From Hormiphora californensis (Eukaryota; Animalia; Ctenophora), in assembly GCA_020137815.1 (NCBI GenBank), contig CM035350.1:124001-188000 (forward strand): a stretch of 64,000 bases of DNA, given 5' to 3'. Of this stretch, positions 35,701 through 46,762 are shown piece after piece. Below the pieces are notes generated by a model. It did not search any database. It saw only the letters and a program-made list of their open reading frames with translations, and was not told where the DNA came from. Each line of letters opens with the position of its first letter. The stretch's first letter is position 1. The translations under genes were made by a program, and so were the position numbers.

Positions 35701-37537
35701 ACAGTTGGAGGTCCGAGGTAGCTATCTTCAATCGCAACCTCAGCTTCAATCGTAAATTTTTTCCCTGCCCGGGTGAATGCCCGAAGGGCATTCACCCGGA
35801 TGATGTTTTTAGCACGCACGTGCTAAAAAGATCATTCAGGGTTTAGAAATCAGCAGATTGTGTAGTTAACTAAAAGTGTCCGTCCATCCGTCCGTCCGTC
35901 CGTCACGGACAACGCCTAACAACAATACTGCTCCTTCATAAAACTTTCATCTCACGCTTCGTTGATTCAACAAAGGTTGATTTCGGACACTATGATCACG
36001 TCTGCTGATGAAGCGCCACACTTTACCACACTCAGCAGTCAGCACCAATAACTATCATCGATATTGAACATGGGTTAAAAATACTGCAAAATAACACCAC
36101 GTTATGACATAACAATTTGTACATTGATAGATATATAAATATAAAATTAACCATGATAATTAATTCAATCATGATAACTGTCATAATCCTCCGCTGTGAT
36201 CCGCTGTGAGTAATGACACACACAAGTGAAGAGCTTGGCTGGTCGTAGATCTTAATGTCCGCTTCAGACTCCCACTCAAACGCTGCAAAATAGTTGGGTT
36301 AGTTTCTACCGAGGCGGGACAGAGATGGAGGTAAAAGAATGTTAACAGTGTTCTTCCAATCCCGCACCTGTGTTTTCGCAGGTCGAGTTCTTATCTCCCC
36401 TTGCATATGGTAGAAAATGGAAAGTAAGAAATTTATACCAAAAAGATGACTATTTGATAAAACGACAAAAAGATGAAATACTGATACAAAATGCGAGTGT
36501 CTGCACCCGCACGACTGGGTTAGTAAGGGTCTGTCCAGTTCTGTCTGGGCCAGAGCAGCTGATCCACGAAGCTGCAGCTGTATTGCCCGCTTCGTACCGC
36601 GAGCTAACATACTCTTGCCTCAACAAGCAGGGAACAACGGATTCATCCTTTGAGCTTCGGACTCAATGTACCTCTATACTCTATAGTCTATATTCCATGT
36701 ACCTATATATTCCATGTACCTCTATTGCTCTATACTCTATGTAAGTATGGCAATTGAAGCATTCCGTTTGTCCTTCCAATATATTCCCTGTAGTTTCGAT
36801 GGAGTACATGTCACTCGAAAAGTCGGCTACTATTAGGAAGCTTCCTCCTCACTTCTCTTCATCCTGCTTCCCGCTATAGTTAGTTACACATAGTTAGCTA
36901 TGTTGTCCGTTATTGACAACCATTCTTCATCTGCGCCACCGTGGTTTCAAGCTTCACCTCGCCACATGTAGCTCAAATCAATCTCTTCTGCTCCGCAGAC
37001 AGATTGGTGGGGAAGCACGTCTGGAGCATGGGAGGTCATTATAACAAGTAAAAACACGGGTACATGTTCGAACATTTCGGGGTTGTGCAAACGACTTATA
37101 ACCTCTATAACAGTTATTGTAGTGCTACAATAACTGTTATAGAGGTTATAAGTCATGTATCTATATTCTATGTAAGTTATATGGCAATTGACGCTTGCCT
37201 TCCAATGTATTATATATGTTCCCTATATAGTTTCGATGTCATGTCACTCGACAAGTCGGCTACTATTAATTGAAACTGCCATATTGGTAAGACTACTGTC
37301 AAGTTTTCCGTTCGGGCCGTACTTTCTTACCACAAATTCTAGACCCTTGTCAGTCTTTCTACCCTCCACAATCCAAGTAGAACCATTGGCTTGATGACTG
37401 CTGGTTTGTGTTGTCACCTTGGCGAAATCTTTAGCTAATCGGTGGAAAGTCACCTGGTTCGGCTTTACTTCAGCAACAGTTGGAGGTCCGAGGTAGCTAT
37501 CTTCAATCGCAACCTCAGCTTCAATCGTAAATTTTTC
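32800..37537. repeat. Tandem array (~1753/1775-bp period) of MATH 3' part plus Helentron-like 5' segment
   Basis: Identical ORFs recur at 32842, 34595 and 36370. Helentron-like segments at ~34005-34556 and ~35757-36331 have a hairpin and (GTCC)n. Confidence 0.85.
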
Positions 37538-37852
37538 CAATTTATTTATGTTTGCTAGTGGCTCGAACCATTGACCCCATCCCCGATGATCACTCTTTGA
37601 AAACTTTCTTACAAAATCTGTTACCTTCGTTCCTGTTGTAACGTTGGTAAAGGAATAAGAAATTGAGCACATCCACTCCTTTGTGGAACGCATAGGTGTA
37701 CAGCAAAGAAAGGCATAAACAAACTCGCCATCCAACTGCAATGCAATATTCCATAAAAAACCTTGAAGTAGAGTGGCATCACTGTTAACAGTAGTTTCTT
37801 TGCAGAGTGAAGATGCTGTGAAATCTGCGGAGATGGTGGTGGTAGTTGTCAT
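37244..37852 (-). CDS. MATH (TRAF-like) domain protein
   Basis: GFLWNIAL..FVYAFLCC..EWMCSISYSF..RKFSKSDHRGWGQW..FTIEAEV is a typical MATH strand pattern. Confidence 0.75.
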   Translation of the reverse strand: MTTTTTISADFTASSLCKETTVNSDATLLQGFLWNIALQLDGEFVYAFLCCTPMRSTKEWMCSISYSFTNVTTGTKVTDFVRKFSKSDHRGWGQWFEPLANINKLEKFTIEAEVAIEDSYLGPPTVAEVKPNQVTFHRLAKDFAKVTTQTSSHQANGSTWIVEGRKTDKGLEFVVRKYGPNGKLDSSLTNMAVSINSSRLVE

Positions 37853-38869
37853 ACTGGACCTAGCTGAAAAGGGAATAAGTGTGTGAGATCTGAGAAACTC
37901 ATTTAGGGAGGGAGAGACGGTGGATTTGGGGGCTTTACATACAAGAAAAAGAGATTATGTATTAGAAACAACAAGTTCATTTAGAAGGAGAGGTAGGGAA
38001 TTTGTGGGGTAGGGCATGGATCAGTGAGTACTGAGTACAACAATCAACTTTAAAAAAAATGTAATAATAAAAAGTATACTTGGAATAGTTTCTACGTTTG
38101 AGACCCCTGAAAATAAAATCCCTTGGATATCTTTGGCTGTATCATAAATTTGACAATTGACTGTTCTTAGATTGGATTCCTAAGTAGGATATTCTTCCCT
38201 AAATCCCCTGATACACGCTCTGCTGAGTATGGGGTATTAATCTTCCTCCTTACTTCTCTTCATCCTGCTTCCCACTATGGAATAGTTGTGTTGTCCGTTA
38301 TTGACAACCATTCGAGACTGTTATAATAAAACTTACATTTAAATTTTAATGTTTTTGATTTGTAAAACTTACGTTTATGAGTTTCTACAATTTGATCAAT
38401 TCTTTCCCATTCTTTCGTCAAGTGCTCTTAGCTGATGATCGTTAATAACAATGTCCCATTAGCTATCGCTGCTTCACATTGGTCCAGGGCCCTGCAGGGT
38501 TGTCGTGTCCCTTCCAATCACGTGCTTCTAAAAAAAGTTTAGTCACAAATTCACAAATTCGACACAGTACCGGGCGTGTAAACGACAGCCATTCAACATG
38601 GTCGGGGCGGGGTGGTAATTCAATTGACAAAGGAAACTAAGGTGTTATCCATAGCTGGCGAGTGCTAATAAGGGGGCGAGGTAACTGCGATCATGTCTTT
38701 TGTTTGTTTCCCTCTACATTGCAAATGATATTAATATAAGTCAATAAATAAATAAATATAGCAATAGTTCGACTCCTTAATACACCGTTGCGGTGTCTGA
38801 CAATTACTTTCCTTATAGTTTATGTACAATATCTTTGCTCTTATTACCAACTGAGTGGCAAGTGCTAAA

Positions 38870-40010
38870 TAATTCCGGCGTTATTACCGTCTCCCTGGCT
38901 GTGCTCGTAATTTTTCCGTTGTTGCGACACGTCAGGGATTCAAAAGTAGCTAGGTGGTCCCTCCTTGGCACCGGTCCGAAACTCCCTTCAGTAACGATGT
39001 GGCTATTTTGGTAGATGCTCCTTCCTACAATCTATCAAATAAGTGGTATGTTGGTTGAGTACTGTCGCTGCTCCTGCACTGAAATAGTTTATCATATGTT
39101 ATAAAGTACGCCTGAGTACGACTTTTTATAGTTATAAAAGAGCCAACACCATCGAATTTTTTAATTCGACAGTGTTTTTCGTACAATGGTCATTTCGTTT
39201 CTCTTTGTTCTCCTTTGGGTGGGGGCTCTTTCCTGCGGGCATCCTGAGGGCACGTCCTTGTACAGGTCAAGGTGGGGTACCGTCCTGTCGTAGGGGTATT
39301 GCAATGGATTGTTTCTGAGACTGCTCCAGTTGAATGTAACCGCCGGCTCAGGGGTGTCGTCCTCGGAACAAATCAGTTGTCCCAATGTTCAATTAGTCCC
39401 TGGGTTAGTCTCTGGGTTCAGATGTCAGTTTCCTTCTTCAAACACAGTGTTTTTATAATCTTCTATGTATCAGCCTTTTTTATGTCTTCATCGTTCCTAT
39501 ATTTATCAGGCTTTATCAATTATGTTATAGATTTGTTATTTATCGCTTCTTTCTCGATTGCACTGCCTGCTATGGCCGAAGTAGCCGCACGCCTTGCAAT
39601 AGATAATCTGTTGTTGTTTGGGTACAATCATCCCATAATATTTAGAATACACGTGTATCACGCAGTCTGCACATCTCTTCTTGCCCCTGGTGGTAAAGTC
39701 CCTAAATGGCAGAATAGCCGAATCACTATACATACTAGGGCCGATTAATCACTGACTCAAAACTTTGAGTTTTTAACTATTTGGACCTCACTATACGGTG
39801 TTTCTTCACAATCATTGTTCGGGTGGCTATTTTTATAATGTTCTGGTATGTTGCCAATGAATAGCTTTGCAGTTCGGGATAGAGCATGGCTCGATTTTTT
39901 CAGTGTTTCTGATGTGTCTATACATATAATCTAGTTTTGACTCAAGAAACCGCCGATCCTGTCATTCGTTATTGGTCTCCGGAATGTCCCGGTGTTTTAG
40001 CATTACATTT
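38870..40010 (-). other. Repeat-spacer array, part 2
   Basis: Repeats at ~39086-39105 (partial), 39440-39545 and 39964-40010 match the part 1 repeats. Confidence 0.65.
39546..39963 (-). pseudogene. Spacer: LINE (L1/Tx1-like) ORF1 fragment
   Basis: KLFIGNIP (RRM-like) then YYG..PK..CKACGYFGHSRQC (CCHC-like knuckle), across frameshifts. Confidence 0.55.
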
Positions 40011-40095
40011 ATATACAAGGTGGGCCACGGATTGTTAGTAAGGGTTAGCGAGGTGTGACGTAAAAACGGTGATAGTTGTGAGAATAATGTATATA

Positions 40096-41066
40096 CATTA
40101 GAGCAAAAACTAATTTAAATTAGTTCGCCAGAAAGGTGGCCCATTTTGAACTTACTCCTTCATTTCCGTCACCTTTGAGTTGAGGCTTCAAAGACATTGA
40201 GGTATCCGTAAACTTTTCCGCCTACAACTCAAAGGTGACGGAAATGAAGGAGTAAGTTCAAAATGGGCCACCTTTCTGGCGAACTAATTTAGGGTAAGCT
40301 GGGGTAAAAGTGGCCCACTTTTAACGTTTTAGGTTCTAAAATACGCAATTTATACAACAGGAAGAAAAAATTATATAGGCTATCCAATGAAACCTTTTCC
40401 TTTCAGCCGAGCTAAATTTTAATATCTACAAGTTTTATTTAATGGGTTAATTAATCAATTCAAATAATTTGGTGAGGCGTTTTTTGGAAAATTTGCACCG
40501 GGGCAAAGTGGCCCAAGCCAATAGCATTGCTCGATTTTATCACGTGCCTGGTGTTGTTAGACGAAACGATCAAATTAGGGGCAAAGTGGCCCATGTTCTG
40601 CACCGGAACATGGGCCACTTTGCCCCTAATTTGACCGTCTGGACTACATTTTTGTGCATTCCAATGTCACGTGGTATTGCAGGCGCCATTTCATTGGTCC
40701 TAGAGGTGGGCCAATTTGCCCCAGACCGGACCACTTTGCCCCGGAGAGTGGGCCATATTCGCCCCGATTTCACTTTATTGACAATTAAGACAACAAAAAT
40801 GCCAATTTCTTCAAAAATTTTATACCACGTTTTAGAGAATTATAAAGCCTAACTGGCAATTTTTGCAAAATTAAAATCAGCCAACCCAAACAGAAATGAC
40901 AGCAGTTTTAAAGCGAAAATTCGGAACAGAACGAGCAGGTCTCCGCTGGAGAAAAAGTCACGTGACCACATGTAATAACTAGGGCCACTTTGCCCCATAC
41001 ATGGGCCACTTTACCCCGCGGGCCATTTCACCCCAGCTTACCCTAAATTAGTTTTTGCTCTAAATG
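40096..41066. mobile_element. Palindromic MITE with nested TA-flanked Tc1/pogo-type MITE (40292-41043)
   Basis: Outer ends TAGAGCAAAAACTAATT / AATTAGTTTTTGCTCTA. Inner TA|GGGTAAGCTGGGG..CCCCAGCTTACCC|TA. Confidence 0.8.
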
Positions 41067-41377
41067 TGTACTCTTTTTTTGGTCGTTTGAGGTCATTTAT
41101 GACCTCAAACAACTAAGCTAATTGTCAACTAAAGTGTTCAAATGTAATTCAAATGTATCCTGGGTTGTAGGAAACTGATTTGACGAAATTTTCCAAATTC
41201 GACGTCGTTTTGACGACGACGTAAAAGATTATGACAGACTATTCGGCCAATGAAGCACTAAACGTGTGAAAAGTTTTAAAGGCCATGGTAGTCAAGAACT
41301 GAAGTGATTGCACGAAATGCGAGTTTTTATGTGGATTTTCACATCAAATTTTTGAGTTCCGACGCGTTTTAAGGTCT

Positions 41378-41953
41378 AACAAGAATTATTGCATTATGTA
41401 TTCATAATGCTGTGTTTCCCTGCCCTACCGTTTCACATGTCAGTGACATTGTCACTGCCAACAGGATCAAGGCTTGGTCATAATGTAATGTGAGATGCAT
41501 ACGATCTAGCTGTCAGTATACTTCTCAGTTCTCACATAGCTTAGAGTTAGCTAACTCCCAATCACATGACACTTGCTAACCAGCTTTTGACATTCCAACT
41601 TAACTACTTATCTAACATCTCACACTCGTCTCGCAAGATGAAAATGTGTATGTAACACGCGAAACGCGCGGCAGAGCATTTCATGTTTTGTTGAGTGACG
41701 TGCGCACACACGTCCATCAAACTGTGGTCGGTGTCAATGAGGTGTTTGATGAAGGAGTAGCTCGTCACTGTGCGCGCGGCTCTAGTTGCTACACCGTTGC
41801 CCTCGCAACGAAAGTGTGACCAAAAAATGTCCCTCTACCGATTAGTTAGTATACCAAAATGTCGTTTTCGAATTCTAACCCTGCTATGCCTTTTTACAAA
41901 GTAAAAAGGCATCCGGGTGAATGCCTTCGGCATTCACCCGGGCAGGGAAAAAA
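41378..41953 (-). mobile_element. Complete non-autonomous Helentron/DINE-like (HINE) element
   Basis: 5' TTTTTTCCCTGCCC plus hairpin; 3' subTIR GGGCAGGGAAA, hairpin GCATTATG-AATA-CATAATGC and terminal TCTTGTT. Confidence 0.7.
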
Positions 41954-42467
41954 TGACACGTTAGAGAAAATCGCATAACAGTATATGAAAGTTCAGACAA
42001 TTTGCCACTAACGATTTATAGTCAAATCAGGAATCAGAATACGTCTTGAGGGTGTCAGAGGCGTTTGAAAATATTTGGTCAGAGATTTTTCAATGACGTC
42101 ACTTTCTGACGTCATTACGCCCATCATAGTGGACATTTTCACTCGAAACCTTAACTAATGCATGCCCCGAACGATTTGCTAACGGATAAAACTCGGTTCA
42201 AGTTTCTAGCTAGCATGGTTCCCCAGTGTCAAAGTTCGTGTATCCCGGGATCCTGGCTGCTAGTCAATTTTTTCGCCAAGATATCTAGTCAATTTTCTAA
42301 AATGGGAAATTATAGTGAGACTATGGTATATTTACTGTTGTAGCACATTAAAAGAAACTATGTAAATAGGGATGACAAACTTCAAATCACCATCTATGTA
42401 TTTTCTCTAATTTACAGAACATTGTTTTCTCTGATTTTCACCAATCACCATCTCCATTCTTACATTT

Positions 42468-42537
42468 TCCATCAGTGGTGTAGTGGTTACACCATGGACT
42501 CTCACCCCGATCGTCTGGGTTCGAATCCGGATGGGGT
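42468..42537 (+). pseudogene. tRNA-Glu(CTC)-derived pseudogene
   Basis: GTGGTGTAGTGGTTA..CTCTCAC..GGGTTCGAATCC; stems pair poorly. Confidence 0.55.
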
Positions 42538-42828
42538 GATTTGGCTTACTTTTTAATTTCATGATTTTTCTCTCTCTATATTCATTCTAGTGTGTTGTAA
42601 CATGACACTGATATCATCACAATATCATAGAAGAACGCTCGTCAGTGCATATATGTGTGAGATCTCTCATTGATGCCAGAATCTCTAGTCGGTAAAGAGG
42701 GAGCCTAGGAGGTATCCTGTGCTAGTCATGGATCCCGCCGCGCATGATAAGCTAATTGCTGAAAAGTCATGCTTTGTAGACTAGAGATCCAAACATTATA
42801 TAGAGCGCTGAATAGTGAAACTGGCACA

Positions 42829-42899
42829 AAGGGTGGTGGTCGAGTGGTACAATTCTCGCCTGCCAAGCGGGCGACGCGGGTTCGATCCCCGGGATTGAC
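42829..42899 (+). pseudogene. tRNA-Gly(GCC)-derived pseudogene
   Basis: GGTGGTCGAGTGGTACAATTCTCGCCTGCCAAGCGGG..GGGTTCGATCCCCGG; acceptor stem does not pair. Confidence 0.6.
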
Positions 42900-43229
42900 A
42901 AACATCCTAGAAATTTTTTTTAAATTTTTTAAAAATGTAACCCTTTGTTACTATACAATAATCTAGTTATTTAATCAATTTGTTGAAACTTAATTATTAG
43001 AAGAGAAAATTTTTTTTCCTTCCTAGTCAAATTTTGTAAAAAAAATCACGATCGTCGTCAGATTGAGATACTTTGACACTGGGCCCCCCAGTGTTATAAG
43101 TTTTCACTTATAACACCCCCAGTGTTATAAGTTTTCACTTATAACACCCCCCAGTGATACATGAAAACTTATAACACCGCTGCACTTCGAACTCCTTACT
43201 CCACTGTTTCTGTCACACTTAGAAAGATA

Positions 43230-44155
43230 GGTAAGTCGGAAGAACGTGTCCGTTTGTCTTATGAGGCCTCATGAGGCGCCTCATGAGACCTCATGAGGCA
43301 CTCATGAGGCCTCATGAGACATTTTCAGCTGTTTTAGTGCCTCATGAGGCCTCATGAGACACTGCTCATGAGGCCTCATGAGACATGTGCCTCATCCCGA
43401 CTTTGTTTTGATGTCTCATGAGGCCTCATGAGCAGTTTTGACATGAGACATGTCTCATGAGGCATATCTCATGATACCTTAAAGTTAGTATAGCTATAGG
43501 ATTAGGGTTAGGGTTAGGGTTAGAGTTAGGAGTACGAACCTAACCACTAAGCCCTAACCACTAAGCCTAGGGGTTAACCCCAACCAATAGGCGTAGGCCT
43601 AGAAGTCTATCCTTAACCCTAACACTAACCCTAACCTTAATCCTAATACCAACCTAAAGTTACTAGTTAGGGTTAGGATTAGTGTTTGGGTTAAAGATTG
43701 AACCCTAGGCCTTGGACCTAGGTTTATCATATTGTCATAAAAGTTTGGGGTTAACCCCTAGGCCTAGTGGTTAGGCTCATACCCCTAACTGGAACCGAAA
43801 CCCGGTGCTAACTCTAACCCTAGCCTTAACCATATGGCTATACTAACTCTAAGGTGTCATGAGGTATGCCTCATGAGGCCTCATGAGACATGCCTCATGT
43901 CAAAACTGCTCATGAGGCCTCATGAGACATCAAAACAAAGTCGGGATGAGGCACATGTCTCATGAGGCCTCATGAGCAGTGTCTCATGAGGCCTCATGAG
44001 TGCCTCATGAGTGCCTCATGAGGCCTCATGAGGCACTAAAACAGCTGAAAATGTCTCATGAGGCCTCATGAGGCGCCTCATGAGTGCCTCATGAGGTCTC
44101 ATGAGGCGCCTCATGAGGCCTCATGAGACAAACGGACACGTTCTTCCGACTTACC
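43230..44155. mobile_element. Foldback MITE, Merlin-like
   Basis: GGTAAGTCGGAAGAACGTGTCCG TIRs, 8-bp TSD GAAAGATA (43222-43229 / 44156-44163), TTAGGG-like core. Confidence 0.85.
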
Positions 44156-44631
44156 GAAAGATAAGCGTGTACGAACACTCTCTTTCTTTATGTCACACTC
44201 ACAAGTTGTTGCAGCACCGATATCAAGATAACAGTTACGAACTCCCGGACCCACGTCCCACACATTCTTTATCTCTCTCACTCTCACTAATCTCTCACTC
44301 TCTTTACCTATCTCAGGCGTTATCTTATCTTATACTGATATCTCTGCCTGCTACCATATCATGAATTCGCTCTGATCTATTGTTACGCCCTAAAGTGTCT
44401 CTCACTCTTGTTTTAAAAATTTTACAATGCAATTTTATTATGCGTAACAATAGAACGAATTCATGATAATTGATAAGGTAGCAGGCAGAGATAAGATAAC
44501 GCCTGATATAGGTACAGAGTGAGAGATAAGTGAGAGTGAGAGAGATAAAGAATGTGTGGGTCCGGGAGTTCGTAACTGTTATCTTGATCTCGGTGCTGCA
44601 ACGGCTTGAGAGTGTGACATAAAGAAAGAGA

Positions 44632-44718
<87 letters not shown>

Positions 44719-45147
44719 GAGAGAGAGAGCTGAGAGAGAGAGGGGGAGTTGGTCCACCTGCCACCACCTCCAATCGGTTTCCCCCGGGCAACGGGGTCAC
44801 ACGGAGTACCTTTTTCCCCATCCCCTTTTCCCCCTGTTCGATTTCCAGGTCCGTGTGGCCGCGGCTGAGCGTGGCTGTGTATCAGAAATACGGAAAAAAA
44901 TCAGAAAATACAAAATACAAAAAAATCTTCTTGGCTAGGCGGCCCACAGTGTATCATGCCAACTACTACGTTCCTACCCCGCCTTCTCCGGCTCAGGGTT
45001 ACCAGTGGAACAGGCATCTTCCAGCCAACTGTGGACCCCCAACGCCCCTTTATCCACTAACCCGCTAACCAATACTGTTTTTGTTCTACTGGCCCCCCTA
45101 ACCCACTTCTTCCATTTTTGATAGGGTTCTACATCGGAGATGATTCT

Positions 45148-46243
45148 TTGGAGCGGGGTGGCTGTCCTCTCTGGGGCGGGGTCAGCTGTCTTTACTGGAG
45201 CGGGGTCAGCTGTCCTCTTTGGAGCGGGGTGGCTGTCCTCCCTGGAGCGGGGTGGCTGTCTTTACTGGAGCGGGGTCAGCTGTCTTTACTGGAACGGGGT
45301 CAGCTGTCCTTACTGGAGCGGGGTCAGCTGTCCTCTTTGGAACGGGGTTGCTGTCCTCACTGGAACGGGGTCAGCTGTCTACTGGAACGGGGTCAGCTGT
45401 CTTTACTGGAACGGGGTCAGCTGTCCTTACTGGAGCGGGGTCAGCTGTCTTCTCAGGAGCGGGGTGGCTGTCTTCTCTGGAACGGGGTCAGCTGGCTTCT
45501 CTGGAACGGGGTCAGCTGGCTTTTCTGGAACGGGGTCAGCTGGCTTCTCTGGAACGGGGTCGGCTGTCTTCTCTGGAACGGGGTCAGCTGGCTTCTCTGG
45601 AACGGGCTGGCTGTCTTCTCTGGAACGGGGTCAGCTGTCTTCTCAGGAGCGGGGTGGCTGTCTTCTCTGGAACGGGGTCAGCTGGCTTCTCTGGAACGGG
45701 GTCAGCTGGCTTTTCTGGAACGGGGTCAGCTGGCTTCTCTGGAACGGGGTCAGCTGGCTTCTCTGGAACGGGGTCAGCTGGCTTCTCTGGAACGGGCTGG
45801 CTGTCTTCTCTGGAACGGGGTCAGCTGTCTTCTCAGGAGCGGGGTGGCTGTCTTCTCTGGAACGGGGTCAGCTGGCTTCTCTGGAACGGGGTCAGCTGGC
45901 TTTTCTGGAACGGGGTCAGCTGGCTTCTCTGGAACGGGGTCAGCTGGCTTCTCTGGAACGGGGTCAGCTGGCTTCTCTGGAACGGGGTCAGCTGTCTTCT
46001 CTGGAACGGGGTCAGCTGGCTTTTCTGGAACGGGGTCAGCTGGCTTTTCTGGAACGGGGTCAGCTGGCTTCTCTGGAACGGGCTGGCTGGCTTCTCTGGA
46101 ACGGGGTCAGCTGGCTTCTCTGGAACGGGGTCAGCTGGCTTCTCTGGAACGGGGTCAGCTGTCTTCTCTGGAACGGGGTCAGCTGGCTTTTCTGGAACGG
46201 GGTCAGCTGGCTTTTCTGGAACGGGCTGGCTGTCCTCTCTGGC
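45148..46243. repeat. ~23-bp GC-rich minisatellite (TCTCTGGAACGGGGTCAGCTGGCT-like)
   Basis: Directly visible; explains the three long overlapping ORFs. Confidence 0.9.
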
Positions 46244-46762
46244 TCGACTATCATCCTTTGTATTATTTATTGTTTTTTTTTCGCTCGAACCCGTTCCTGC
46301 TTGTTTTAGGCTGCCTTAGATTCAGACGGTTTGCTTCTTCAGTTCCTGATAAGTTGTCTCTTCTTAGAATTAATTGTAGCAGATTGGGCTTCTTTGCAGA
46401 TAGTTTAGGAGGTCTTGTGCTCCGTCACCATGAGCTTTAATCCCACTTTACTTCCCCCTTTTTAATATCATCCCCTTTACTTAACCCGTATGTACATTGT
46501 TCTACCTACCCTTACTACCTTTACTCCGCAGGCCCTCCGGGCCCTCAGATCCAACAGGATCCGGGTCCGGGGGATTTAACCCTGCTCTCGCATGGGGCCT
46601 CACGGCCCCATGTGGGAGTGGTGCGTGTAGTGGACCGAGAGAGAGAGAGAGAGAGAGAGGGGGAGTTCGTACACGCTTATCTTTCTAACGGTTTTTAAGT
46701 GTGACAGAAACATTACTGGAGTAAGGAGTTCGAAGTGCAGCAGTGTTATACGTTTTCATGTA

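Noticed and set aside
32765-37156. Repeated 124-, 103- and 69-aa ORFs
   Set aside because: They recur only because of the tandem duplication and show no domain signal; likely MATH 3' flank.
45118-46440. Three long overlapping ORFs (366-440 aa)
   Set aside because: They are products of a stop-free ~23-bp minisatellite; all three frames give the same cycling peptides.
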